Source: Macrostomum lignano (taxonomy: Eukaryota). Taken from it: DNA of 64,000 nucleotides. A program made the position numbers and the translations under genes. This document shows positions 47,581 through 60,120 of the stretch, piece after piece (within the stretch, counting starts at the first letter, position 1; the number at the start of each line of letters is the position of its first letter). The notes beneath the pieces were generated by a model. That model was not told the DNA's origin. It ran no database searches and was given only the letters and a program-made list of their open reading frames with translations. Location: positions 1 through 64,000 of the forward strand of contig NIVC01002069.1 of assembly GCA_002269645.1 (NCBI GenBank), given 5' to 3'.

Positions 47581-50270
47581 ACCCCAAAAGGAAAATTGAC
47601 TGCAAAAAGTGATTTTTAATAACTTTTCTCATTTAAAGTTAGAGAATGGACATTCAAAGTTGAAGTCCTATATAGAAGAAAGATAAGTTGGACCATAGAC
47701 AATAGAGACAACAGACTGAGAAGAACAGCAAAATATGGCCACAGAGTTTTGTTAAAAAATGAGAGAGCCAGTATAACTTTGGGTGTCTTTACTATGCATG
47801 TCCAGCTAAAAATCAAAGAATATGTACCGATTGATTGGCATTGAAATACTTGTATTATGCTACAAAAACTTCCCATGCTACAAAAAGGCACTAAACTTGT
47901 GCAAAAAATGCAATTGCAAAATAAAACAGCAGTTAACAACAGAGACAACAATATATTTATAAGCACTCAGTAAATAGGTTGTCTTAATAACTCGTAAAAA
48001 ACTGTAATTATAATAAGCTAACTAAAATAAATATTTCATGCAATATAAAACAATGCAAATAAATAACTTAGGGAATGACTGATATAAAAAGGAATTTCTT
48101 ACCTCCTCTGAATTAAAAAAATAAAATTCTCTGAATTCTTCTAGCACCAGGCAAAATTGTGGAAACCAATTTGGTGTTAGGAACAATCCATTGGCACTAA
48201 GTGTTTTCTCCAAGTAGGCTTCGAGTTCTAAAACAAATGTGTTAATTTTATAATTTTAATATTAAAAGTAATATTCAAAACAAAAAAGGAGTATATATAC
48301 AAAGTTGTCATTGTTATTCTACACTATAGTTTATATGTTCCATAATATTAAAAAAAAGTGATAAACACACTATATGCAAATACCCATATTAGTAAAAACT
48401 TTAACAAATGCTATAGGTTTGCTTATTTATTCAATGACAATGGTTTTATTCTATCTGTTCATAAAGTTACAAGACTTCTTGAACTTTAAATATATAAAAT
48501 AGTTTCTATTTTGATAGGAGGATCATAAATTAGTCATTACATAGGTTTTAATAGTATGGATTTAAAATTCAAGCTTCATTTTTTGTTAGCTTTAACCCAC
48601 TTATACCTAGCTTAAAGCAGACTAAGGCAATAGGGGCATGGAGAATGGTGGGTTTCAGGGAAAGAAAGTTCTTTATAGAGGTTGATTTTCTATAGCTAAA
48701 CTTTAATAAAGGCATGGGGGTTGATTGGAGTTTTTATATATAATTCTTTCTTGGCAGATAGCTGACCAAGAGTTCTATAACCAAGAATTGACTCAATTGA
48801 GACATGGAGAATATATTGCTTTTAGAGTTTTATTTACCAAATTAGTATTTAAAAACACTTAAAAATTACTTTTAATTTCTAATTTCATATCTTTACAACT
48901 TTCACTTAATATACTTGCTTCAAAAAATACTTATTTTTAAATACATTATTTATAAAAAAATCTATATTGAATTTTAATTGACAACATAGGAGATTAATTA
49001 ATTTGGCTTTATCATTAGGTTCTTTGCTTTTTTGTCATTTTGGAAGCCTCCTTTGTGCCTAGCAAAAGTTTAAAAAATTGGTATTTTATACTTATATTTA
49101 TATTTATATTGGTATTAAGTATTTTTATAATCTTAAAGTTGAAGAAATCTAAATTATATATTTAAAGAAGTCTCTAAAGTTTATTAAATGATATGAGCTA
49201 TTAATACTAAAATATGAATAATCTTCACTTGATAGAAAAAACTAAAGACTTTATAGTAGACCATAGATTATAATAGTTTAATAAAATAAAAATTTTCTTC
49301 TTAGCCTAAATAATTGCTTTTTACTAGACTATAACATTATATCTAACTTTTAATGATTTTTTTATAATTATCCTCCTTTTTATTTCTATTTGCTTTATAA
49401 AAAACTATAGTAAATTTACACGAATCAAATTATCTATATAATTAATAATATAGATATAAAAAGCAAAAGCTACATCTAGATGACTATTTGGCAGGGCATG
49501 GCATTAGGCTCCACTGGTTCTCAGGCATGTATTGAATAATTTATAGAAAAATGAATTAATCAACTAACTAAAACAAAATTGAATGACAAATAGGTTTAAC
49601 AGTTTATATTTTTACATAATCACATCATACATCATGATACATATGAAGTATGTAACATATGGTTTACATACCTCCTGTTTGCAGCCAACCACAAAAGCCA
49701 AGCTGCTTGAACTGATGTATCAAGCCTTCTGCCATGTTTTTGTTCTAAAAAACGTTTCAAGCGGCTCAATGTTACCTGCACCAAATGCGAGTGACATAGG
49801 CACTAAACTGGGTCTGTTAGACATCCATATTATTATAGTTACACGCGCACCCCCACGTTATTACTTTCGTTTCCTGCAATTTTAAAACCTAAAAAGGTAC
49901 ATTTAATTAAAGCACAAAACAAAACTTTCTACACTTAAAAGCAAAAACATCAGGGAGTCTTCCCCGTTTGTGTATTTTATCTTAGTTTTGTACAGTTATT
50001 GCATTACTTACGAAAAATTTATGCAATATTGAAATACCAGTGTTTACATGCTGTGATAAATTTAGTTTCCGATTTTTAAGTTATTAAACTTCGTTTGTTT
50101 ACTTGAATTTCAAGACAGTTAAGGTACCTACCAATTATTTGATAGTTGAAGTTGATACGAACGGTCTCATTCCTGTTTGATTTGAGGACCATTGTGACAG
50201 TCAAGAATAATACGCCAATATTACGATATAACTTTTGGATTGAGTTTGAGGCACTCTTTACTTCTTTAAA

Positions 50271-52790
50271 TGGCTAGCAAAGAAACAAGTTTAAATGCGG
50301 GTGACAGATGCCTCGTATATGGTGCTCAAGCAGTTGGCTGCATCGCAGGCGTTTGTAAGTTACTATTTTTCACTAAAGTTTCCCTTATTCATCTTCAGTC
50401 GAATATAATATGGAGTTACTAAGAATACTAGACTTGTAACAATGTGACTAAATGCTGTAAGTTTTGAAATCCAATATACACTCATATTAAAAACAAGAGT
50501 ACTTAAACATCCAAGATCAAGATCCGAGACTGATGCAATATGTCATGCATTTTTAAGTCTAGGCCTACTGATAAATTAACAATATGTGATTTTTCTAGCT
50601 TGGATCAACTTAGCACTATACTTAGCCATTGCTATTTTTTCTTTCAAATATATACCAAAATTTTTAGAGTTAGGCCTTTGTAACTTCTATTGGTTGCTAT
50701 ATTGACTAATTCATTGTAATTTTATATGTTTCAAACCTAATCATCCCTTATTCGTACAAATATTTTATTTCTAATTTTAGTGTCAATTGCCATGGGCGTC
50801 TATAACTGTGTAACTTTTAGTGCTAACTGTTTTGTTGCTGGAATCATTTTAGGGTGAGTAGTGTAACAAAAGCTGGACTTCATTTGATAAAAGTGCATTT
50901 TTACTTCTATTTCTAGTTAAGCCAAATACTTTATCTTACTTTATTCTTAACTTTTCAGAGTATTTGGTTTTCTTCTAGTTGTGTTTGAAGCTCCTTACTG
51001 CTGCCTGATGTTCGAGTGCACGGACAAAGTATACGATTTCTCGCAGCGGTTCCCACCTTTTCTGAAGGCTGTAATCTACATAATGTGAGTAAGAAAGTTA
51101 ATGCTTGACCAAGATTTTCGTTAATTTTTCATTCTTTCTTGCATTTGTTCTTACTTTCAGTGCGGCTATAATTCCATTGATTCTCTGCGTTTCGTCAATT
51201 TCTATGTGGTTTGCGTGCGGTCTCTTGGCTGCCTGTGGCATTCTCTATGGCGTCAGAGCATTGCGAAAGAAAATGTAAGCTGATATAACCGTAGCTATTA
51301 CTGCTTTTTTAACTGCTGTTCCATTCTGCTGAATGGCAATGTCTGCGTTTCCCTGAACATTTATCATTTAGTTCTTCAGTCATTCGGTGTGCTCCTCTGT
51401 CCCCTCACTCAGCCATTCGGTGTGCTCCTCTGTCCCCTCACTCAGTCATTCGGTGTGCTCCTGTGTCCCCTCACTCAGTCATTCGGTGTGCTCCTCTGTC
51501 CCCTCACTCATTCATTCGGTGTGCTTCTCTGTCCCCTCACTCAGTCATTCGGTGTGCTCCTGTGTCCCCTCACTCAGTCATTCGGTGTGCTCCTCTGTCC
51601 CCTCACTCATTCATTCGGTGTGCTTCTCTGTCCCCTCACTCATTCATTCGGTGTGCTTCTCTGTCCCCTCACTCAGTCATTCAGTGTGCTCCTGTGTCCC
51701 CTCACTCAGTCATTCGGTGTGCTCCTCTGTTCCCTCACTCATTCATTCGGTGTGCTTCTCTGTCCCCTCACTCAGCCATTCGGTGTGCTCCTCTGTCCCC
51801 TCACTCAGCCATTCGGTGTGCTTCTCTGTCCCCTCAGTCAGTCATTCGGTGTGCTCCTCTGTCCCCTCACTCATTCATTAGGTGTGCTTCTCTGTCCCCT
51901 CACTCAGTCATTCGGTGTGCTCCTCTGTCCCCTCACTCAGTCATTCAGTGTGCTTCTCTGTCCCCTCACTCAGTCATTCAGTGTGCTTCTCTGTCCCCTC
52001 ACTCAGTCATTCAGTGTGCTTCTCTGTCCCCTCACTCAGTCATTCAGTGTGCTTCTCTGTCCCCTCACTCAGTCATTCAGTGTGCTTCTCTGTCCCCTCA
52101 CTCAGTCATTCAGTGTGCTTCTCTGTCCCCTCACTCAGTCATTCAGTGTGCTTCTCTGTCCCCTCACTCAGTCATTCAGTGTGCTTCTCTGTCCCCTCAC
52201 TCAGTCATTCAGTGTGCTTCTCTGTCCCCTCACTCAGTCATTCAGTGTGCTTCTCTGTCCCCTCACTCAGTCATTCAGTGTGCTTCTCTGTCCCCTCACT
52301 CAGTCATTCAGTGTGCCTATCTGTCGCATCAGTCATTCAATGTGCTTCTCTGTCCCCTCACTCAGTCATTCAGTGTGCCCATCTGTCGCATCAGTCATTC
52401 AATGTGCTTCTCTGTCCCCTCACTCAGTCATTCAGTGTGCCCATCTGTCGCATCAGTCATTCAATGTGCTTCTCTGTCCCCTCACTCAGTCATTCAGTGT
52501 GCCCATCTGTCGCATCAGTCATTCAATGTGCTTCTCTGTCCCCTCACTCAGTCATTCAGTGTGCCCATCTGTCGCATCAGTCATTCAATGTGCTTCTCTG
52601 TCCCCTCACTCAGTCATTCAGTGTGCCCATCTGTCGCATCAGTCATTCAATGTGCAGAATGATTGAAACTCTTTAACTAACGCATCAACTCCTCAGCGAT
52701 TCGTCAGGCGACTCAGGTGACGGAGCAGCGGCCGCCAATCGTGACACTGAGATGAGCGACTCGAGAACTAGCCTAGTCAACAAGAACTGA
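50271..52790 (+). CDS. CACFD1: Flower / calcium channel flower homolog, small multi-pass membrane protein
   Basis: Exons 50279-50354 (start uncertain), 50781-50853, 50959-51084, 51161-51274, 52697-52790 with consistent phases. SIAMGVYNCVTF..AGIILGVFGFLLVVFEAPYCCLMFE...LKAVIYI...GILYGVRALRKK parallels the Flower motifs EAPxCC, KAVFY and GVLYGLSALGKK. Confidence 0.85.
51375..52655. repeat. 33-bp minisatellite grading into a dimeric higher-order repeat, last intron of Flower
   Basis: Unit cattcggtgtgctcctctgtcccctcactcagt; the 3' end alternates with cattcagtgtgcccatctgtcgcatcagt. Confidence 0.96.
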
Positions 52791-53754
52791 TAAAGCCAGC
52801 ACCATTTTTAAAGTCTTGGCTCTTAAAAATTGTGAACCACTACAATACAATTATTGATTATAAATATTTACTGTCTTTAAATTCTGTAAATCATGTTGTT
52901 TGTATCTAATATTTATCTATGTAATGCAATTGTTCGTAAGCGTTTAGCATATTATATCAACATTATAATATTAGCAAGCTAAAGTATTTCATTTAACAGT
53001 CAGTTAGTACTTATTATCTATCTATGCTTTATTAGGTGTATAACATTGTCGTTTTGGTTAATTTTGCGTCCATTCCAGTGTTCCCACATCAGTCTCATTA
53101 ATTTAGTGTGGATATGTTGTTATTAGTTAATTGGTCTTCCTTGGTTTCTATGCTTAATAGAACTGTGTCACACTCAGTACTTAAACTTCAGTGGAATGTA
53201 TATCAAAAATTGGTATATATTATGAAGATTTGTTAGTCTGTTTTTCATAGATGTCATTCCCGTCAATTCCATATGATATTTTCGTTTCTGCATTATTAGA
53301 ATTTTGTCAGACTTGTAATTGCATTAAAAATCGGAAGTTTTTTAGCTTAGATCATTTTTTCTTTGGATTTTTGTTGTCGTCGGTTTTCTGCTTGGAAGGT
53401 TTTTGTGATGTGTTTATTTTATTTCACATTTATTGTTACTGTTTTGGTCTACACTCGTTTATCAAGGCTTATTGTGCGTCTCGAAGCAGCTGATAAAATT
53501 TTTATTAGCCATAGGTCACACTTATTGATATTATATTGCTGTGTATTATATTGGTTTCGTATATTATAAATTGTCATTTGACAATTACAATGGTCTTATT
53601 GGTTTACTAAAAATTAAAAAAGCATTATCATGACACTTAAATAATTTTTTCTCTTTGTTGTGTCTTTCGCGAAACCACTTTAAAATGAGAAATCAATTCG
53701 AGTTGCAGTTTTGACTTATTTGTCTGTGATGTCAGTGACGAACGAGTATACCGG

Positions 53755-54250
53755 TTGCCCCGAAAACCAGCTATCTAAACTACGATATCCCCTATGGGCT
53801 TTGGCATTTGGCTCCCTAACTCCCGGGCCCTTGATGGTTGGCCTGCCAACAACTCACAATTAATCGTTGGCACAGCACAGCATTTCAGCTATTCCCACAT
53901 GAGTCTTGACATCAGCTCAGCAATTCCTTGACATCATTGCATTCCGCTAACTCCTGAGCACATAAAGTACAAGGCGCGCCAATACTGTACGCAGGCACAC
54001 ATTCTGCACACGATCACACAGGATGTACAGCGACATTTGACTTTCTAATTGTCTGGCAATGTACACTCCCTGTGCCTTGGTTGGCTTTCGTTTCATGGGT
54101 TCTGAATCGCACACGATAGCTGACCCCTTATTAGGCCAATTTTTGTGCACACAAGCCCTAAAATGAATGTAGCCGGCGCACAGAATCGAACCAGCTGGGG
54201 TCGATGTGGCGAGAGAGTCGACGCGTTCACTGCTGAGCTGCCTCTTGGCT
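53755..54250 (-). mobile_element. tRNA-derived SINE family B, uninterrupted copy
   Basis: Reverse complement gcagctcagcagtgaacgcgt...agctggttcgattc head; body shared with 45865-45960. Confidence 0.65.
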
Positions 54251-54329
54251 GGTGCTTAACATCAGTTCCTTTGCTAAATGAGCATTTACCACATTGCGTT
54301 CGGGTTTCCTTGCAATAATTGATGAACTC

Positions 54330-55010
54330 TTAATGTTTGACTACTCAAAGATTGAAGTGAGGAATAGCTCACCTTTACAAACTCAATTGCCTGACAGACC
54401 CGTGTCCTGTCTCGAAGCGTTCTTCTTTACCGGTAGCCATCATGGTCGTGGGCGCACCCATTCATGCATCAGCTTCCGCCACCACTACCTGTCCTTCGCT
54501 GCTCTGCTTAGCTTCTCCATTGACCTTCCAGTCCATTCTTTCAGGTCATCCTCCCACTGCCTTTTCGGTTTTCCTATTGTTCTTTCACTCTCTAATTCTC
54601 TTTGAATGCTGACATTTTCCATCGCTCCCTTCCTCGTCTGATGTCCATAATATTGAAGCTTTCTCCTCTCGATAATCTCCTCCACAGATTATTATTCATT
54701 TCCCAATGCCTCCTTCAACTTTTCTCCAAACCCAGGCATTTATTTGTCTTTTTCAGCGTTGCATTTACTTATTTCTCTAATTATTTATAGAAGCAATCCT
54801 TCGTGGACATTCGACTTTAAATTAAAATTCATTCATCTCAGGGACGTCCCTGCGACTTTAAAAATGCAAATCATCGTTACCAAACGACAGAATTTGTTGC
54901 AGCGGAATCTACAAGTAAATAATATCATCAAAATATTTTCACAAAAAATCCATAAAGAAATAATAAAGGAAGCAACAAAAGTGGTTTGTCTACTGTAGAA
55001 TAATGTTAGA
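54330..55010 (-). mobile_element. Degenerate LINE 3' fragment (RTE-like RT C-terminus)
   Basis: IERRKLQYYGHQTR...IGKPKRQWEDDLKEWTG...RAAKDR resembles the RRKLxWFGHxxR...GRPxxRW...AxDR motif; broken frames. Confidence 0.75.
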
Positions 55011-55043
55011 TTGTGCATATGTTTTTTGAGGTAGACAATGATT

Positions 55044-55515
55044 AATTTTTACGAGGGGCCAAGCGAAGCCTGCGAAGGTACTCGTAAAAAATTAGTCAGT
55101 CATTAAGCGGCGGTCATTACCGTGAAGTGACATTTCGATCACTGATTTCGAAGTGTTGAATAATGAGCGTACAGCAGGGGACAATAATGGACAAAATCAG
55201 CCTTTAGGATAACGGAAGTGTCTATGGTCAAAACTGATCCACTGTTTTCTTATGTATTTCTATATTCAATATATATTTCTTCTTTGAAACCTCTGGATAA
55301 TCCTGTTTACCTCGGACAACGGTGAGTTATTTTTAGAACCCAAAGACACTTCCATTATCCCAAAATCTGTTTTTTTAACAATGTTAATGGTGACCACATG
55401 CCAGCTATATACTGAAGTATCTACCGAAATCCTTACTCTTCTCTGCATGAATGCATTGGCCATAGACTTGTTACTAACATTTTATCGTGCCAGGCCACCT
55501 TTACTGGCTCGTAAA
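55044..55515 (+). mobile_element. Possible Helentron/HINE-type non-autonomous element
   Basis: Begins with tttttacgag...ctcgtaaaaa hairpin followed by gtcagtca; ctcgtaaa recurs near 55510. Confidence 0.3.
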
Positions 55516-55805
55516 GGCAATCAATTCATCAGTTGATTAGTCAGGCTAATTGATAGAAATCATGGGACACAGCATTTCATTAAGAAACGATTTAGAATCA
55601 GGCGAGTCGTTCAAAGACCGGCTTGAACAATTCCAATGCTTCTCACAGATTGGCCTATTCAACTTGAACGGTCGCATCATGCTGGCTCACGATCGCAAAG
55701 CGCTGCCTTCCAACCAATTGAATATGATCATCCTGCACAAGACTCGAATGGCTGGGAGGCAGTTACAGCGTGAGTAGAAGCTGCGTATATATAAGGCCTT
55801 TCCCC

Positions 55806-55975
55806 TACAGCAGTCCGACGTCGGCGACGTCGTTTGATGTACTTTTGCATTGAATTACATTTCCCGTACAGCAGTCTGACGTCGGCGACGTCGTTTGATG
55901 TACTTTTGCATTGAATTACATTTCCCGTACAGCAGTCTGACGTCGGCGACGTCGTTTGATGTACTTTTGCGTTAC
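55806..55975. repeat. 61-bp repeat, ~3 copies, with double CGACGTCG palindromes
   Basis: tacagcagtccgacgtcggcgacgtcgtttgatgtacttttgc at 55806, 55867 and 55928. Confidence 0.9.
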
Positions 55976-56635
55976 ATTACATTACGTTGCGTGGGTAGCC
56001 TTACATGACGTAGCCTTGGTTCCGCATGAGGCTACATTAATTTGGATTCTGTTCTAAAAAAAATTGCATAGTTTAGGTTATAGTGCGAGATTTACATGAG
56101 AGCTGTACATATCTTTTTTACATGTACATGTAGGTTAATAGCTGCTTGTCTCCTTAATAGCCATCAAGAATCTTTGCATTTTAATCTTGCATAAAGAGCT
56201 CATGCTCTACAAACTGCCGTGGGTCCTTGTGCGAACGGAGATGCTGAAGCGAAGCGCGACTCGGTTGGTACCATAGACAGCGGACGTTCAGAGGACTGTC
56301 ACCTGCGCAAAGAGGCTCACCTGTTGTCATTCTTTGAAGGCGTTGACAGTTTTCCGCAGATTCTGTGCGACACGGTGAGTCACGTATTAAGTTTGGCGCT
56401 GTGTTGTGCGCTCTTTCTCTCTTTCTGAAGAAGCTGTATGTTTCACAGGCTTGAGTTTACCTCGTAAGAGGACTTACAATGAGTCGACCATAGTGTCTCA
56501 AACAGATGGTGTAGGTTGTCTAGGAGGTTTGCAATTTGGGCCAATTTGATCCTATATGTCTGAAGGTTGAAGAATACAATCGTTTGTGTCGCATTTTCCG
56601 CAGTTCACTATAGCACTGCAACAATTGCAATTAAG

Positions 56636-56860
56636 GTAGATCAGGGGTCCGCAAATTGTTTTACCTCAATGGCCTGATAAAGAAAATTGCTGAATAGAGG
56701 AGAGAAAGAAAAAAGAGATGAGAGATGAGAGAGGAGGGGAGATAGGAGAGGAGATACAAAAACCTTGAGTGGGTCGGATTGCTATGAGCGTCATATAAAC
56801 TTTGAAAAAACACGGGCGCCGGATGGAGACGCTGGAGTTTTCTGACCTTGAGTTAGATCA
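56636..56860. mobile_element. hAT-like MITE with a near-perfect 8-bp TSD
   Basis: aggtagat|cagggg...ccttg|agttagat; interior similar to 37376-37585. Confidence 0.6.
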
Positions 56861-58002
56861 GCTTTGCAATAAATGGTCGCACGTGTAGCCATGCACGCTC
56901 ATACCCATTAAAACGCACGCAGACGCAGCGTCACAGTGGATGCGAGTACGCAGTGCTGGTTACCACACTGGTTGGACCATCCTTGTAGCAAATCTTCCGA
57001 GACTACGTCAGCAAGTCGTCTCACTCTGACACGGCAAAATCCGACCTTCTTAGAGGCGTTAGAAATGTTCGTCATCATATTGGTGAGCTGTCTGCTGATT
57101 AGTTAGATGTACATCAGTCGCATGTAATTTAACTTCTCAGCTTGAGCAAAATTTACCCCAAAAACCCGCTTAGGACTAGACGAAGCAAATATCGGACGAA
57201 TTGTGCGCGAAATGTTGGACAGAATCCGTGAATTCCACGACAAAGGATTCATCCATTGCAATATTAGTTTGGAATCATTTCACTACGGCGTTTATCCGAG
57301 GCACAAAGGACGACTCTTTCTTGTCAACTATTCGCACGCTCAGCGGTTCGTATTTCTTGTATTATTGATGAATTGTAAACAAATTTTAAACGAACTGAAA
57401 GAGAGGATTACTTCCCGCACATCTGAGCCATTTACAGTACTCGTATCCAGAAACCGTTTAATTACAGTCTTCGAATCCGTTCAAGTTGTCATATTTTCCC
57501 GCAATCCTGAATAATTTCAAGCCCTAACTGTCTCAACTCCGCAGTTTCCTAAGCGACAATCCAAACTTCAAAGGTGTCACCTGCGGTCAGAAGCTCCGCC
57601 CGGTGTCGTTGAACGACTCATTCTTTGCCAGTCCTTTCATTCTGCAGCAGTGGAGTCCCAGCCGAGCCGACGATCTAATTAGCATATCCTATCTAATTAT
57701 CTACCTGTGGAAAGGCTACCTACCCTGGGATCCGGAGCGTCTGCTAGAGTTGAAACGAGAAAAAGCCGAACAGTTATTTGCCTCAAGAACTACCAGCTAC
57801 GATCTTGAAGAATTGAGCGGCGTTAATAAGGCGCTAAATAATGAGATTGAATTCATCAAGCATCTGACCTGTGAGAGTTATGTACTTAACGGGAGGGGAA
57901 AAGAAAAGAGGAAGATAAAAGAGCTATAAAAGCAAGAAACTTGAAAAAGTAAGGTAGCGATTTAGACGTCACACAGTGCGTTACGTAGAGCGTTGCGGAG
58001 AC

Positions 58003-58292
58003 GGGGTTGTAGCCTATAGTGGTCAGAGCGTCGAACTCACGACTGTCAGAACAATTTGTGTCCTTGAGCAAGACACTAAACTCTGCATTGCTCCAGTTCA
58101 CCCAGCTGTAAAATGGGTTCCAGCATTAGCTGAGGTAATTGAGGGTGTGTGTGTGGCGACCTCCCCCCCAGTCCTTGGACTGAACAGCCGTAGCTCGTAG
58201 GCAGCCTTCAGATGCGTTGCGAAATAGCTGAGGCTGAGCTGTCGGTTGTATATCTGTCCATTAGGGCGGGTGTAATCAATTGTTATTATTAT
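58003..58292 (+). mobile_element. CORE-SINE-like element, family A copy 3
   Basis: A-box retained, B-box region deleted, CORE-like body and ATT tail shared with copies 1 and 2. Confidence 0.8.
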
Positions 58293-58786
58293 GATTGTAG
58301 TGCGCATATATGTAGCAGAGAAGGATTGAGTTAGACGATAAGTTTTTGAGAGGTTAAGAAAGCGCGGAGATGGAATTACCAATTAACCTCAACATAACGG
58401 CGTATTACCACCATCAGTCTACACCACGGAGACGTCGCTATCAATCAAGGAGGTATTCAACAAGCTGGTCCAGCTAACTCCGGCCGAGCTGAAGAGCAAA
58501 ATCGATCAAAACGAATTTGCACAAATCTGTTTGAAAAAATGTCGAGAGAAGGCCTACTCTCGGCTAGCCGAGATTGCTCAAACAGACGACGAGCACCGGG
58601 TTGCCAGGGACCGGCTGCGGTACATCAAACAGCGCCGTCAGCTGTTCTCTGTACTCATTGACGTCACCAATCGGATTATGGATCGTGATCTGATTAATTT
58701 GTCCGTTGGCGCTCTGACTGAGCTGACTGCTAAAGAGATTGTCAGTGAGTTGAGCTGCTTATTTGCTATATATACGAGCAAATATT

Positions 58787-59175
58787 AGCACCAAGGGGCT
58801 TTAGCACCAAGGGGCTTTAGCACCAGGGGCTTTAGCACCAGGGCCTTTGCACCAGGGCCTTTGCACCAGGGGCTTTAGCACCAGGGGCTTTAGCACCAGG
58901 GGCTTTAGCACCAGGGGCTTTAGCACCAGGGGCTTTAGCACCAGGGGCTTTAGCACCAGGGGCTTTAGCACCAGGGGCTTTAGCACCAGGGGCTTTAGCA
59001 CCAGGGGCTTTAGCACCAGGGGCTTTAGCACCAGGGGCTTTAGCACCAGGGGCTTTAGCACCAGGGGCTTTAGCACCAGGGGCTTTAGCACCAGGGGCTT
59101 TAGCACCAGGGGCTTTAGCACCAGGGGCTTTAGCACCAGGGGCTTAAGCACCAGGGGCGCCAGCACTAGGGGCAG
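58787..59175. repeat. 15-bp minisatellite
   Basis: Unit tagcaccaggggctt. Confidence 0.97.
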
Positions 59176-59779
59176 CCACTTGAAGTCTCATGAAGGCCAC
59201 AGTGCAATGAACGAAAGCAACAGGGTATTTAATTGCATTCAACCCACCGTCCAGACAAGCAGATGCAGACAAAAGAGAACGTTCGTCAGATGTGCGACTC
59301 CCTGATGGAGATGAAATCGCAATACAAAGACATCGGCTTCGAGCTCAAGGAGCTGTTTCTGGTCATCTATCGGAAGTTTGTCCAGCACAGCGGCAGCTCG
59401 CGCAACGGTTCGTCTGCCGCTTCGGCTAGCAACGCCGGCAAGGAAGCGAGCGCCAACGCCACCACGCCAGAGTTGAACATGACGGAGGGCAGCCCGGGCA
59501 TGCGGCACACCATAGGCGTGACAAGAACTAATCAGAAGCCGGTTAAATCTGCGGGAGGAGGAGGCACGGGCCCTATTAAAGCTAAAGATTTCACTAAGAT
59601 TATCAACGGCTGGGAGAAAGTGTTCGAACAGGATCCGAAGAGAGCTGTGAGCAGTTCTACTAAGTTTAATAAAGAATTGCGTCAAGGATGTCGGGGGGAT
59701 GCAATTTCTGCTTTTTGTAGCTTTTAATTAGTCTAAATGTGCCGGCATCCGCCATCGGGGTGCCATTTTAGGATGTCAA

Positions 59780-60120
59780 GGGGTGAACGTTAGGGTGTCA
59801 GGGGGGTTGAACGTTAGGGTCTAAGGGAGTGAAAGTTCCTGTCACGGTGGGTGAAAGTTAGTGCGTCGGGGGGGGGGGCGAGCGTCAGTGTGGGGGTGAA
59901 CGTTCAGGTGTCAGGGGCTGAGCCTTAGGATGTCAGGGTCTGAATTTTAGTATATCAGGGTCTGAATTTTAGGTTGTCAGGGTCTGAGCCTTAGGATGTC
60001 AGGGTCTGAGCCTTAGGATGTCAGGGTCGGAACCTTAGGATGTCAGGAGAGGAATGTTAGGGTTATAGGGAGGGGGGGTTGAACGTTAGAGTGTCAAGAG
60101 GTAAACGTCAGGATGTCGCA
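59780..60120. repeat. Degenerate ~20-bp repeat containing TTAGGG
   Basis: gaacgttagggtgtcaggg and gagccttaggatgtcaggg variants. Confidence 0.75.

Noticed and set aside
47616-47966. 116-aa hydrophobic minus-strand ORF
   Set aside because: Hydrophobicity is expected from T-rich sequence; no recognisable motif or consistent splice phase.
49470-49560. QGMALGS resembling the Penelope RT GxAMGS motif
   Set aside because: Stops nearby and no downstream YxDD motif; too weak to call.
51387-52676. Long Cys/Ser-rich ORFs
   Set aside because: The 33-bp array is open in all three frames and lies inside the last Flower intron.
58801-59305. KPLVL and TRGFS repeat ORFs
   Set aside because: A 15-bp minisatellite in an intron.
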